DNA from: Oligoflexia bacterium | GTDB taxonomy: Bacteria > Bdellovibrionota > UBA1018 | NCBI GenBank assembly: GCA_963758495.1 | Contig: CAVWVI010000003.1 | Span: 1,536,001 to 1,600,000, forward strand | Direction of reading: 5' to 3' | DNA: 64,000 nucleotides | Notes under the pieces: generated by a model | Told to the model about the DNA's origin: nothing | Database searches by the model: none | Seen by the model: only the letters and a program-made list of their open reading frames with translations | Program-made: the position numbers and the translations under genes | Part shown: one piece after another, positions 48,326 through 58,153 of the stretch | Layout: each line of letters opens with the position of its first letter | Position numbering within the stretch: position 1 is the first letter of the stretch

Positions 48326-49948
48326 GTGCATAGAGTCTTTCTATTAAATGAAACAAAGGATTTAGCCTACGACACCCTTATCTCTGAGCTTACGCTTTTA
48401 AATGAGATCGTTCCTATTGTCTCACATAATGCAGAAGATTTAGAAGCATCGATCAAGGAAAATCCGCTTGATCTTCTTTTAATTATTGTCGATCAAGCAC
48501 CTTCAGATGTATTAATCGATATCATTTCATTGAATCGTAATTTAATTTATTTACGTGAAACCCATTTTGTTTCTATTCACAGAAATGCCCTGGCTTCAGG
48601 TGTTCAAAAATCCTTGATGATGGGCTCAAAAAATATCTACTTGGAACCCATTGAAAGAAAAAGGCTCATTCGTGCAATAAGTGACTTAGTGAACGATAAT
48701 CCTACTTTTTTAGATATTCCTCCTGAATTTCATAAAGTTTCTCCAACTCCTTTTAGCGTCGAACTCTTTGGTCGAATTGGAAAAATCTATTCAGAACCGC
48801 TAGGAGATTTACATATTGAAACTGATGTCAACATCCATAATGGTCGAGCCATTGAAGTTCGTTCTCGTATTGCGCAAGACCTCGGGTTAACAGGGTTTCG
48901 ATACGTTATTTCCTCTACTTCTACTGTAGATATCTATTATAATTATAAATACAGTTACCATTTATCCTGGAATAGTGATGCTTCATTGAAAAAAAAACTT
49001 GCTACATGGATTTCTAGGAATAATCCATTTTTTGCATTGCCAAAAACCAAGGTTTTATGGATTACAGATCAATTCATAAAGAATCTGGAAGTAATTTTTG
49101 ACAAATCACTTTTCAGTGTACGTATTAGGGCTCCTGGTCGTCTCACGACTTCTTATTTGGATAGTTTAAATCCACAAATTATATGTGTGGGAGACCTGCC
49201 CGAGGTTACAGTAAATGTACTTTATTTATGGATTTCCGAGAAAGGTATCGAAAATGTGCTGCTCATAAGCACGACGGGTACTTCTCAGTCCAATTGGCAT
49301 TATATTCCGATGGATTCTATTGAAAAGTTTAAAAAGGAATTTGTTGCGCTTGTAAAACCTTTGCTCTTAACTCGAATTTCAAGCTCAATCAAAACTGCGA
49401 AGTATTTTAACAGAAACTCCCATTTTTCGAGGTGTGCCATTGCTTTTAGGCATGGAAAAGTAATTTCGATTTCAACTTCACACATGATCTTGGAAACAAA
49501 TATTGATCTTGGAAAAAATATTGTTTTTCAAGGGCATTGCTCTCTTTTGGAAAATCCAAATGGTATTGGACTTTATTTAAAAACCTTAAGTACTGAGCCA
49601 TTGCCAAATTCTTCACTATTTCATTCAATCTGTGAAATTATTCCGGTCTCTGATCAACCTAATACTGCCATTTCGAAATGGATTCAGTCTTTGTCAAAAC
49701 CAATGAGTGAGACACAAGCCTCAGAGTCTCCATGGCTTAATCCTCGTACGATAAAAAAATCCGTAGAGCTTTTCTTTCTCGAGGCGCAACCCTTCATAAT
49801 TGATATTGGAAAGTTAACGATTGGCGTCATTATTTTTGGTGTTCTAGGTATTTTAGCATATACTTTTATATCACCGCCCAACATTCACAGCAATTCTCCC
49901 GCAGAAATGAATGACGTTTTCAGTGCCATTAGAGGAGTTTTCAAATAG
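48326..49948 (+). CDS. Hypothetical protein, possibly with degenerate receiver-like domains and a C-terminal TM anchor
   Basis: 540-aa ORF with AAGGAG RBS; N-terminal beta/alpha pattern; hydrophobic IGVIIFGVLGILAYTFI near the C-terminus. Confidence 0.6.
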   Translation: MHRVFLLNETKDLAYDTLISELTLLNEIVPIVSHNAEDLEASIKENPLDLLLIIVDQAPSDVLIDIISLNRNLIYLRETHFVSIHRNALASGVQKSLMMGSKNIYLEPIERKRLIRAISDLVNDNPTFLDIPPEFHKVSPTPFSVELFGRIGKIYSEPLGDLHIETDVNIHNGRAIEVRSRIAQDLGLTGFRYVISSTSTVDIYYNYKYSYHLSWNSDASLKKKLATWISRNNPFFALPKTKVLWITDQFIKNLEVIFDKSLFSVRIRAPGRLTTSYLDSLNPQIICVGDLPEVTVNVLYLWISEKGIENVLLISTTGTSQSNWHYIPMDSIEKFKKEFVALVKPLLLTRISSSIKTAKYFNRNSHFSRCAIAFRHGKVISISTSHMILETNIDLGKNIVFQGHCSLLENPNGIGLYLKTLSTEPLPNSSLFHSICEIIPVSDQPNTAISKWIQSLSKPMSETQASESPWLNPRTIKKSVELFFLEAQPFIIDIGKLTIGVIIFGVLGILAYTFISPPNIHSNSPAEMNDVFSAIRGVFK

Positions 49949-49959
49949 CGATACGAGCT

Positions 49960-50187
49960 TTAATGATCTCTCATTGCAACTTCACGAAGATCACAGCTCT
50001 CTGTTTCAGAGTCGAAAACGAGTCTGACTTTGCCTTCAACCAAGAGCTGATGTACCTGTTGTATTTTTGTTTCATGTTCGACTTCCTTCTCGCCATAATC
50101 AGTACCGTCACGCGAAACAAATTCATCAATAATAGCACGAAGTGTGTCAGATTTTAGATTTTTCCAAGGGACTTCCATAATTAACAA
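49960..50187 (-). CDS. yheU: YheU/UPF0270-family protein
   Basis: VPWKNLKSDTLRAIIDEFVSRDGTDYGEKE, LVFDSETESC. Confidence 0.85.
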   Translation of the reverse strand: MLIMEVPWKNLKSDTLRAIIDEFVSRDGTDYGEKEVEHETKIQQVHQLLVEGKVRLVFDSETESCDLREVAMRDH

Positions 50188-50268
50188 TTCCTGTTTTTAG
50201 CTGTATCGGACAAGCATATAGCAAGGAATATGTCATGCATGTAAAAGGTAGGAGGAAGCAATTCATTT

Positions 50269-50706
50269 ATGAAACAACTAAAAGAAATTATGACATCTGA
50301 TGTCCAGGTCATGAGACCAGACGCTCGTTTGACTGAAGTGGCCTCTCAGATGAAGAAACTGGATGTGGGAGCAATACCTATTTGTGATGAGGATCGGTTA
50401 GTCGGAATGGTTACCGATCGTGATATTGTCCTTCGTACTTTAGGTGAAAGCCAAGATCCTCGAGTCATGTTTGCCAAGGATGTGATGCATTCTCCTATTG
50501 TCTATTGTTATGAAGATCAAACCATAGAAGAGGCAGCACGGCTTATGGAGGTGAAGCAAATACGTCGGCTTGTGGTTTTGAATCGAGATAAAAGATTGGT
50601 CGGAATAGTTTCTGTAGGAGATTTAGCAGTAAAAACAGGAAGTGAAGAGCTTTCTGGAGAGGTTTTGGAAAAAATATCTCAACCTGCAAGGAAAATAGCG
50701 GCCTAA
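50269..50706 (+). CDS. CBS-pair domain protein
   Basis: VGAIPI..LVGMVTDRDI; QIRRLVV..LVGIVSVGDL; AGGAGG RBS. Confidence 0.92.
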   Translation: MKQLKEIMTSDVQVMRPDARLTEVASQMKKLDVGAIPICDEDRLVGMVTDRDIVLRTLGESQDPRVMFAKDVMHSPIVYCYEDQTIEEAARLMEVKQIRRLVVLNRDKRLVGIVSVGDLAVKTGSEELSGEVLEKISQPARKIAA

Positions 50707-50738
50707 CTCAGAATCTCGTATCCACATAGTGCTTACCG

Positions 50739-50918
50739 TTAGGGGGTTTCACTGGGCGTGATGAGTTGAGTTAACTTATTGGATTCGATATTTCCGCCAC
50801 TTAACACACAGACGATGTGTTCGTGAGCGGGGTAGAACTTTTTCGTCATTAAGCCAGCGACGCCCACCGCGCCTCCGGGTTCTACCAGCCGCTTTTGATC
50901 ATGATACAAAACGCGTAT
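50739..50918 (-). pseudogene. C-terminal remnant of a threonine/serine dehydratase (PLP fold II)
   Basis: Hand translation IRVLYHDQKRLVEPGGAVGVAGLMTKKFYPAHEHIVCVLSGGNIESNKLTQLITPSETP*; in-frame stops upstream and the N-terminal part is absent. Confidence 0.8.
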
Positions 50919-51051
50919 GGAAGAATTTGAAGAGCAAATTATAAACGCTTTTTGTTTTGAGCCTGACTACTCTGGTTTGGTACTTCAAGCATTTCTCAGA
51001 GCAAATTAATTCTAAATAACACTGGTATTCATGTCGCACCGTTTATAGTGT

Positions 51052-52659
51052 GTGTGTATGATCAGTACCTCTGGAGTAAGTTTAAGTTACGGAAGTCATA
51101 AGTTATTTGACGATGTGAATATTAAGTTCGTGCCGGGCAACTGTTATGGACTTATCGGTGCGAATGGTGCGGGAAAGTCCACCTTCTTGAAGATTCTTTC
51201 AGGAGAAAACTCCTCTTACCAAGGGACGGTTACGGTTACTCCTGGAGAAAGAATTTCATTTCTCCGCCAAGATCATTTTACTTTCGATGACATTCCAGTA
51301 CTCAAGACAGTCATTCAGGGGCAGCCTCGTCTAAACGAAATTATTGCCGAAAAAGACGCACTTTATGCAAAAGCTAACTTTACGGATGCTGACGGCGTTC
51401 GAGCAGGAGAGCTTGAAGGGGCTTTTGCTGAGTTGCGAGGATGGGAAGCAGAAAGTGATGCTGCCGTGCTTCTTGCCGGCTTAGGAATTGGGACTGCACT
51501 TCATGATAAATTGATGCGTGAATTGCGCGATACAGAGAAACTCAAAGTTCTCCTCGCTCAGGCGCTTTTTGGTCAACCCGACATTCTTCTTCTAGATGAG
51601 CCCACGAATCATTTGGATATACCATCGATTCGCTGGCTTGAGTCGTTTCTACTCGAATATGACAAAACTGTGATCGTTGTTTCCCATGATCGTCACTTCC
51701 TGAATCAGGTATGTACTCATATGGCAGACATCGACTTTGGAAGAATTCAACTTTACACAGGTAATTACGAATTTTGGTATGAATCAAGCCAGCTCGCGCT
51801 TAAACAGATGCAGGAAAAAAATAAGAAAGTTCAAGATAAAGCAGAGGAATTAAAGGCTTTCATCGCTCGATTTAGTGCGAATGCTTCAAAATCACGCCAA
51901 GCTACCTCTAGAAAGAAACAACTCGAGAAGTTGACATTAGAAGATATTAAGCCTTCCTCAAGAAAATATCCGTTTGTTGGATTTAAAGCTGAGCGTGAAG
52001 CGGGGGATCAGTTACTCAGAGTTGAAAATATTTCTAAGTCAATTGATGGTGTAAAAATACTAGATCGTATTAGTTTTACATTAAGAAAAGGTGATAAAAC
52101 AGTATTTATTGGCGATACAGAGCTTGCAGTAACTACTTTTTTTAACATTCTTGAAGGAGAAACCGCTCCAGATAGCGGGACCTTAAATTGGGGGGTGACT
52201 ACGACCCGTTCTTATTTTCCAAAGGACAATGCAAAGTACTTTGAAGGAGCTGACCTCAATTTAATCGATTGGCTCCGTCAATATTCCTCTGATCAAAATG
52301 AAAATTTTGTACGGGGATTTCTGGGACGTATGCTTTTCTCAGGCGATGAGGCGACGAAAAAAACCAAGGTGCTTTCAGGAGGTGAGCGAGTGAGATGCAT
52401 GCTTGCTCGAATGATGTTAAGTGGTTCAAATGTGCTCATCCTGGATGGCCCCACCAATCACTTAGATCTTGAGTCGATTACCTCTGTCAATAATGGTCTC
52501 ATTCGATTTACAGGTACAGTCCTTTTTTCTTCCCATGATCAACAATTTATTCAAACTGTCGCAAATCGAGTTATTGAGGTCGGTTCAAGTGGCGTGGTAG
52601 ATCAAGAAAAGTCATATGAGGAATATCTAGCAGAAAAACTAAGTTCTTCTAAATCCTAA
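51052..52659 (+). CDS. ABC-F family ATPase (YbiT/YkpA-like)
   Basis: GANGAGKST, LDEPTNHLD, SHDR, linker RFSANASKSRQATSR, LSGGE; no TM segments. Confidence 0.93.
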   Translation: MCMISTSGVSLSYGSHKLFDDVNIKFVPGNCYGLIGANGAGKSTFLKILSGENSSYQGTVTVTPGERISFLRQDHFTFDDIPVLKTVIQGQPRLNEIIAEKDALYAKANFTDADGVRAGELEGAFAELRGWEAESDAAVLLAGLGIGTALHDKLMRELRDTEKLKVLLAQALFGQPDILLLDEPTNHLDIPSIRWLESFLLEYDKTVIVVSHDRHFLNQVCTHMADIDFGRIQLYTGNYEFWYESSQLALKQMQEKNKKVQDKAEELKAFIARFSANASKSRQATSRKKQLEKLTLEDIKPSSRKYPFVGFKAEREAGDQLLRVENISKSIDGVKILDRISFTLRKGDKTVFIGDTELAVTTFFNILEGETAPDSGTLNWGVTTTRSYFPKDNAKYFEGADLNLIDWLRQYSSDQNENFVRGFLGRMLFSGDEATKKTKVLSGGERVRCMLARMMLSGSNVLILDGPTNHLDLESITSVNNGLIRFTGTVLFSSHDQQFIQTVANRVIEVGSSGVVDQEKSYEEYLAEKLSSSKS

Positions 52660-52668
52660 GCAAGGCAT

Positions 52669-53316
52669 TTAAGCTGTTTTTCGGGTGCTATCCTTCATCG
52701 TGAGAAGGTGGATCACTTCGTCTTCTGTTAATTGTGAAAATTCTTCGTAGAAATTTCCTACTGCACCAAAATACTCTGGAACATCAAGTACGACTAAATC
52801 ATCTACGTGTTGACTTAAAAGCTCCACTGCCTCTTGAGATGCGACAGGCACTGCTACGACAATTTTACGAGGATTGACTTCTCGAATGGTTCTCACTGCT
52901 GCTAGCATTGTTGAACCTGTAGCAAGACCATCATCCACGATGATGGCAGTACGCCCCTTCAAGTCATTGAAGGCTAGAAGCGGCTTATAAAGCTGCCGTC
53001 GACGTTTCAGGATTTCTAACTCATTCTTTGCCGTTTCCCGAATATAGGCTTTCGGAATATTATAAATTTCTGCTGCTTTTGAAACATAAACATCTCCAAA
53101 CTCAGTAACTGAGCCAATCGCAAATTCAGGAATTCCTGGAGCACCAATCTTATGAACTAATACGACATTGAGATCCCCTTGCAATTGATCAGCTATAATC
53201 CTTGCCATAGGAACCGCTCCTCTAGGTATGGCAAGGATCATAGGCTTTTCATCTCCATAGCGTCTAAGGCGCTCACTGAGTTGATATGCGGCGTCTTCTC
53301 TGTTCTTAAATATCAT
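52669..53316 (-). CDS. Phosphoribosyltransferase-family protein
   Basis: F.NR..A, PRGAVP, KIGAPG.PE.AIG, PRPP motif IIVDDGLATGST, AVG.FY..F.Q. Confidence 0.9.
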   Translation of the reverse strand: MIFKNREDAAYQLSERLRRYGDEKPMILAIPRGAVPMARIIADQLQGDLNVVLVHKIGAPGIPEFAIGSVTEFGDVYVSKAAEIYNIPKAYIRETAKNELEILKRRRQLYKPLLAFNDLKGRTAIIVDDGLATGSTMLAAVRTIREVNPRKIVVAVPVASQEAVELLSQHVDDLVVLDVPEYFGAVGNFYEEFSQLTEDEVIHLLTMKDSTRKTA

Positions 53317-53364
53317 AGTGATATATTTGCATTCAATATACCGTCATGGAACAGGCTTAAGCTA

Positions 53365-55095
53365 TCAACGAATACCGAATCTTAGACTCCCCCTCTCGAC
53401 AGGAGGCTGAAGACGCGAATAGTATTCTTCGAACAGCGCTCTTTGTATTTGTGCTCGAGCGATACGATACGCAGCAATAGTGTCATTTACTTTAAGTTTA
53501 AATGGGTAGTAAACATTTAAAAACCACTGCAAATTACCCGCATTTGTATGAACTTCTTGTTGTGTCTTAGCGTTCATAATGGTCTCATATAGGAGAGCTT
53601 CACGGGTTTCGATCATTTTGATTCCAGGTTTTGCCACTTGATAGGTCTGAATTGCATAATTATAATTAAATACAGCATTTTCAGCCTTGGTTGCAACTGC
53701 GCTTTGAGTCTTTGTTCGTGTTACCATGAGTTCTTGGATAAAAGCGTTTGCTTTTGCAATATACGGAACTAGACTTACGCTGATACTTTGGTAGGGGAGT
53801 ACATCTGGATCTGTCCAATTAAAGTAAAATTCATTCCGCTGTTGTTGGGCATTATCAATCAGATAATCGAGCTGACGCAATTCAAGTGAGCGTTCAATCG
53901 CGAGTTGCACAAGGTCATTTTGTTCCTCTGGAGTTACTTCTTTGGCATTATCAATTGAATCATCATTTTCCTCTAGATCTATATCCAATACAGCCAGAGG
54001 ATTTTGAAATCCCATGGTCATTGATAGAGCGGTTTTATCAAGAACGAGTGCATTTTCGAGCCGATTTTCTTCTAGTTTCACGAAACTGAGAATAGGGCCT
54101 AATCGAAATGTGAGCTCATCAAACTCAGTCCCAATCTTTCCTAAGTCTTCGCCAGCAAGATCGACTAAATGGGTTCGTACGAGTTTGTATCGTTCAAAAT
54201 TCTGTTTGTAAAATGTATCGCTTATCCGATCTCGAGCATAGGTATAGGAGACACTTGCCACTTGGTATGCCAAGTCTGCTCTGAGAATGTCCATTGTTAA
54301 TTTCTCAGCTTCGTTAAGATCCTTTGCTTCTGTGACTTTCATCCAACGAGTAGGAATTAAGAATGGAATAAAGTCTGCAAAATATATTGGAATTGAGGCT
54401 GGATTTAGACTTGCCAATGTGAACAGATCTTTGAAATAAAAATGGGGAACTAAGTTATAATAAGAGGCTCGAGCGGCTTCTTTTGCTTCAATTACCCGTT
54501 GATATTCAATCCGAGAATCAAAACTCCTTGCCATGGCAATCTCAATCGCTTCTGAAAGTTTAAAGCTTTTAGGATCTTCAAAGACCACTGGTTTCTGCTC
54601 TGCGGAGAGGTACCCTGTAAGGGCAAAAGTCAAGGATTTGTCAATTGGGTTTGTGGCGTTTATAATAAATTCTGTCTTTGCAAAGCAAGCGGATAAACTA
54701 TATTTCCCGCTACCTAGATAGCATTTCCAATCGTTATTTTTCTTACTCTGTTGTGCTGCTGGTACTAGCTGATAGATGTCTTGACCCAGAGTTGGAATTT
54801 TTACCTTAATTTGATCATGATGCTTATTCCATATTACATCGATGGATTCAATTTTTTGGTGATGAGCATCCTCAATTGCCACGTGAGCGGAATATTTTTT
54901 ATCAAAAGTAATTTGTATCCGAACATTTTGTTTGAATAGTTGGCCATCATTTTTTTTAAATAACGTGCCTCCATACAGGCCAGTATCCAGATTGGGTTTG
55001 CAGGAAATCAGTACCTGTGAAAAAATAAAAATCCAGCCTAATTTGAAAATAGACCGAGATTTCGCCTTGAATTGTAGTTGTTGCGACATACCCAC
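53365..55095 (-). CDS. TolC/outer-membrane-factor-like lipoprotein with an extra N-terminal domain
   Basis: Lipobox-like LISC; LSEAIEIAMARS and LVQLAIERSLEL OEP-repeat starts; long helical C-terminal part. Confidence 0.65.
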   Translation of the reverse strand: MGMSQQLQFKAKSRSIFKLGWIFIFSQVLISCKPNLDTGLYGGTLFKKNDGQLFKQNVRIQITFDKKYSAHVAIEDAHHQKIESIDVIWNKHHDQIKVKIPTLGQDIYQLVPAAQQSKKNNDWKCYLGSGKYSLSACFAKTEFIINATNPIDKSLTFALTGYLSAEQKPVVFEDPKSFKLSEAIEIAMARSFDSRIEYQRVIEAKEAARASYYNLVPHFYFKDLFTLASLNPASIPIYFADFIPFLIPTRWMKVTEAKDLNEAEKLTMDILRADLAYQVASVSYTYARDRISDTFYKQNFERYKLVRTHLVDLAGEDLGKIGTEFDELTFRLGPILSFVKLEENRLENALVLDKTALSMTMGFQNPLAVLDIDLEENDDSIDNAKEVTPEEQNDLVQLAIERSLELRQLDYLIDNAQQQRNEFYFNWTDPDVLPYQSISVSLVPYIAKANAFIQELMVTRTKTQSAVATKAENAVFNYNYAIQTYQVAKPGIKMIETREALLYETIMNAKTQQEVHTNAGNLQWFLNVYYPFKLKVNDTIAAYRIARAQIQRALFEEYYSRLQPPVERGSLRFGIR

Positions 55096-55241
55096 TTCCC
55101 TTCACTTTGTAGCCCCTTATCGATGAAAATCCTTTTTAGTGCCGTCGAATCGGTTCAAAGTCAATAAGTCTTTTTTAAGAATTTAATTTAGGCAAAGTTT
55201 TTCGAAAAGACTGGAAGTTTCGGGAAAAGTGGAGCTCAGAA

Positions 55242-55604
55242 TCAGCCTTTGGACTTAATCCCTTCTTTTTCAAGTAACGGTCTGATCAAATCTCTTTTAT
55301 CCCCCTGAATTTCAATCATGCCTTCTTTGCCATCCATCAAATAGGTGCCTCCAGAACCACATTTCTTTTTTAATGATGTAGTCAGATTTTTCAAAAATTT
55401 TTCATTTTTAGGAAGTTGGTCAATGACAGTCACAGTTTTTCCTCCACGTCCTGTTTTCTCCATTCTCAGGACAGCGACAAATTTATAAGACTTTGGATTG
55501 ACCTTTGGAGTGCATATGCACTCGGATCGCAACTCTTTGCATTTTAAGCATTTTTGATTCAATTCCGGGTCGGTAGAATACACAAGACGTGTGTTTTTTG
55601 TCAT
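55242..55604 (-). CDS. yciH: SUI1/YciH translation initiation factor-like protein
   Basis: LVYST, C-x2-C-x6-C-x-C, EKTGRGGKTVTVI, LKKKCGSGGT, IEIQGD. Confidence 0.92.
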   Translation of the reverse strand: MTKNTRLVYSTDPELNQKCLKCKELRSECICTPKVNPKSYKFVAVLRMEKTGRGGKTVTVIDQLPKNEKFLKNLTTSLKKKCGSGGTYLMDGKEGMIEIQGDKRDLIRPLLEKEGIKSKG

Positions 55605-55649
55605 ATTTCAAATCTTTCCTTAAATAATTAAAAACTGATATTATTTATT

Positions 55650-56504
55650 ATGTCATCTATTCCGGGGGGACTATCAATGACTTTGAGTCGTATTTTCATT
55701 TTATTGTGCCTTTTTATTTCAGCAACCGTGTCCGCAAATAGTCGTACACTTTTGGATAGGTTAGCGCTTTATCCAAGTACTCAGGCGCTGAGGGAGGGAT
55801 CAACAGAGCGGAAAATATTGCCCTCAGGGTTAGAGGTGTGGATTCATCGACGTGCAGCATTGATTGGTACAAATGATATAAGACACTTCTCTATTATTCA
55901 TTTTATTGGCAATGCTTCCCGTGCAGAAGTTGAGACTCCAGGTATCAATATTATGCAACTATTTCCAGACGATATTGAACTGGAAGTTTGGTCAGTTAAT
56001 TATCCAGGTTATGGAGGCAGTCCAGGAGAGGCAACTTTTGCTTCGTTTGCTCCCAGCGCCTTAGAGGTTTATGATCATTTAGCAAAAACGACCGAAGATT
56101 CAAATATTCTCATCAGTGGAACAAGCATTGGTAGTTTAGCAGCTCTTTATCTTGCTTCTGAGCGTCCTGTGAACGCTTTGATTCTGCGTAATCCAGTGCC
56201 TTTAAAAGAACTTATTTTAGAGAATTACGGCTGGTGGAATCTATGGTTATTTGCAGGACCAGTATCGTTGCAGATACCGCCTCAACTGAATACGATTCGA
56301 AACGCTGCCAAAACTCATATTCCAGCACTTTTTCTGACCTCTCAAAATGATTCCCTCATACCTACTCATCTTCAACAAAAAATAATAGATAATTACAAGG
56401 GTCCTTATCAGCATATTTTTATAGAGGGGATTGATCATAATGACTATATCCCAATAAAAGCATTCCCTAAAATTCAAGATGCATTAAAAGTTCTTTTAAA
56501 ATAG
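55650..56504 (+). CDS. Alpha/beta hydrolase, probably exported
   Basis: F.GNA, NYPGYGGS.G, nucleophile GTSIG, NDSLIP, DHND. Confidence 0.88.
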   Translation: MSSIPGGLSMTLSRIFILLCLFISATVSANSRTLLDRLALYPSTQALREGSTERKILPSGLEVWIHRRAALIGTNDIRHFSIIHFIGNASRAEVETPGINIMQLFPDDIELEVWSVNYPGYGGSPGEATFASFAPSALEVYDHLAKTTEDSNILISGTSIGSLAALYLASERPVNALILRNPVPLKELILENYGWWNLWLFAGPVSLQIPPQLNTIRNAAKTHIPALFLTSQNDSLIPTHLQQKIIDNYKGPYQHIFIEGIDHNDYIPIKAFPKIQDALKVLLK

Positions 56505-56533
56505 TGGGATTTTGAGCAACTTTTAAAGTTTCA

Positions 56534-57994
56534 TCAAATGATGAGATCTGCGGCAAAGAAATTGTCACTTGCATATTGAACTTCGTAATGAGTACCGTTT
56601 AGGCAATAAAGCGCACTTCCAGTTGTGGTGGTATTGCTGACGGAATGTAGGCCTAACACCATAGCCTGCCGATCCGACGTGCCCTCTGTTCTTTTGTTTT
56701 GGATGGTTTGTGTCATAGTATTGAAGCGCTTTTTTGAAGTAAGATCACAAATACTTCCTCGTATAATTTCTCCGTTCCCATCATTGACTGCATGATTAGT
56801 AACCACAAAGAAACCATTTTGGTTCAGGTATCTGGGAAAATAGTATTCCTTTTCATTAGTGTAGAATTGAAAATTTATTGCAGACTTCTGATCTGCTACA
56901 ATCAAATGATGAGAGGACGCTGGGCGATTCATTCCTTGGAGATTGTCGATGAATATTTTTACCTCTTCTACGGTATTACAGGTCTCGACTATGGTACGAG
57001 CCAGCAAATGATAAGGAACACCCTCTCGTGATGTTGCTCCCATTTCATTGATAATCGCAATGAGCCCGGAACTACTATGCGCTGTCAATGCTCCAATAAA
57101 TCCGGGGAATGTGTGTGATTCAATTTTCTTACCAGACGGCGTAGGATGTCGACGAATCAGGGAGAAAGCCCCCATCATTCCCATGGATAACCAGTCCAAA
57201 GTCCGACCTACGGTCATGGCTTGGGTACTCTTAATAACAGCGGTGCTACAGCCTATCGAGAGGTGGAATTTTTTTATACCTAGAACGCTTTGACAGCCAA
57301 TTGCTTTATAAACATTTGAAAATTTGTGGACTCGATCTAGGTCTTTTTCCCTGATTTTTACTTTTATTCCCGCGCGGGCTGAATACTCCTTAATACCAGC
57401 TAATATACCATCAAACTCTGTCTGATAGTTTTTGGGGACAAGTATATTTTTAGATTTTTTATTAAAAATCTGGCCGCTATAGTCACCCTTAAGAATTCTG
57501 CATAGAAAAATCATGGGTGCTAAGAACCTTTGAGATAACTCTAAAATGTCTGGAGCAAGTAAAAAGCCATGTGCATACCCCATCTCGAAAGGGTCATGGG
57601 TTTTTAAATCCAAAATCAACTGTGAACGACCATTTAAATCATTTTCATATCGTAACTCCCCTAGGACCTTTCCTTGAGAATTGTGGCAAACCTGCTCTTT
57701 GACTTGTCTGTAGGAGTTCCAATGATATTTAATTCCTAATAAATAAAGTAAAGGCACAATAAATATGGAGATCGGAATGTGTCTCCAACGATAAAAAATT
57801 CCAAACAAAATGAAAATACCTAAATCTCCAATAACTCTTGTCAAAGGCTGTACGTTCAGTTGGAATAGATTACTTGCTACCATAATGAGGATGAGTAAAA
57901 TTCCAAAAGTAGAAATTAAAATCGAGAACTCATCAATTTGATTTAAAGTGTAATGGATATGTTTTTTCATGGATTCTGAAATTTTTGAAGACAT
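56534..57994 (-). CDS. Membrane-anchored Ntn-hydrolase (peptidase C45 or acid-ceramidase-like)
   Basis: N-terminal TM helices; EMGYAHG, GCSTAV (Cys nucleophile), GRTLDW, PGFIG, VVTNH. Confidence 0.8.
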   Translation of the reverse strand: MSSKISESMKKHIHYTLNQIDEFSILISTFGILLILIMVASNLFQLNVQPLTRVIGDLGIFILFGIFYRWRHIPISIFIVPLLYLLGIKYHWNSYRQVKEQVCHNSQGKVLGELRYENDLNGRSQLILDLKTHDPFEMGYAHGFLLAPDILELSQRFLAPMIFLCRILKGDYSGQIFNKKSKNILVPKNYQTEFDGILAGIKEYSARAGIKVKIREKDLDRVHKFSNVYKAIGCQSVLGIKKFHLSIGCSTAVIKSTQAMTVGRTLDWLSMGMMGAFSLIRRHPTPSGKKIESHTFPGFIGALTAHSSSGLIAIINEMGATSREGVPYHLLARTIVETCNTVEEVKIFIDNLQGMNRPASSHHLIVADQKSAINFQFYTNEKEYYFPRYLNQNGFFVVTNHAVNDGNGEIIRGSICDLTSKKRFNTMTQTIQNKRTEGTSDRQAMVLGLHSVSNTTTTGSALYCLNGTHYEVQYASDNFFAADLII

Positions 57995-58153
57995 GTTGAC
58001 TAGCCTCTCTATGCGAAGAATGGAATGTTTCCAACCTTATTTATAATACAACTCTTTGAGCGTTCGCCTTAATAATAATTTTTATTTATTTTTATCTATT
58101 TTCACGGTTTCGGTATGACTCTTTCAAGTCATTCAATCGGGAGGCATGTATAA

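Noticed and set aside
53328..53343. GG-N10-GC upstream of the PRTase gene
   Set aside because: Poor match outside the dinucleotides, and the predicted +1 would fall on the start codon.
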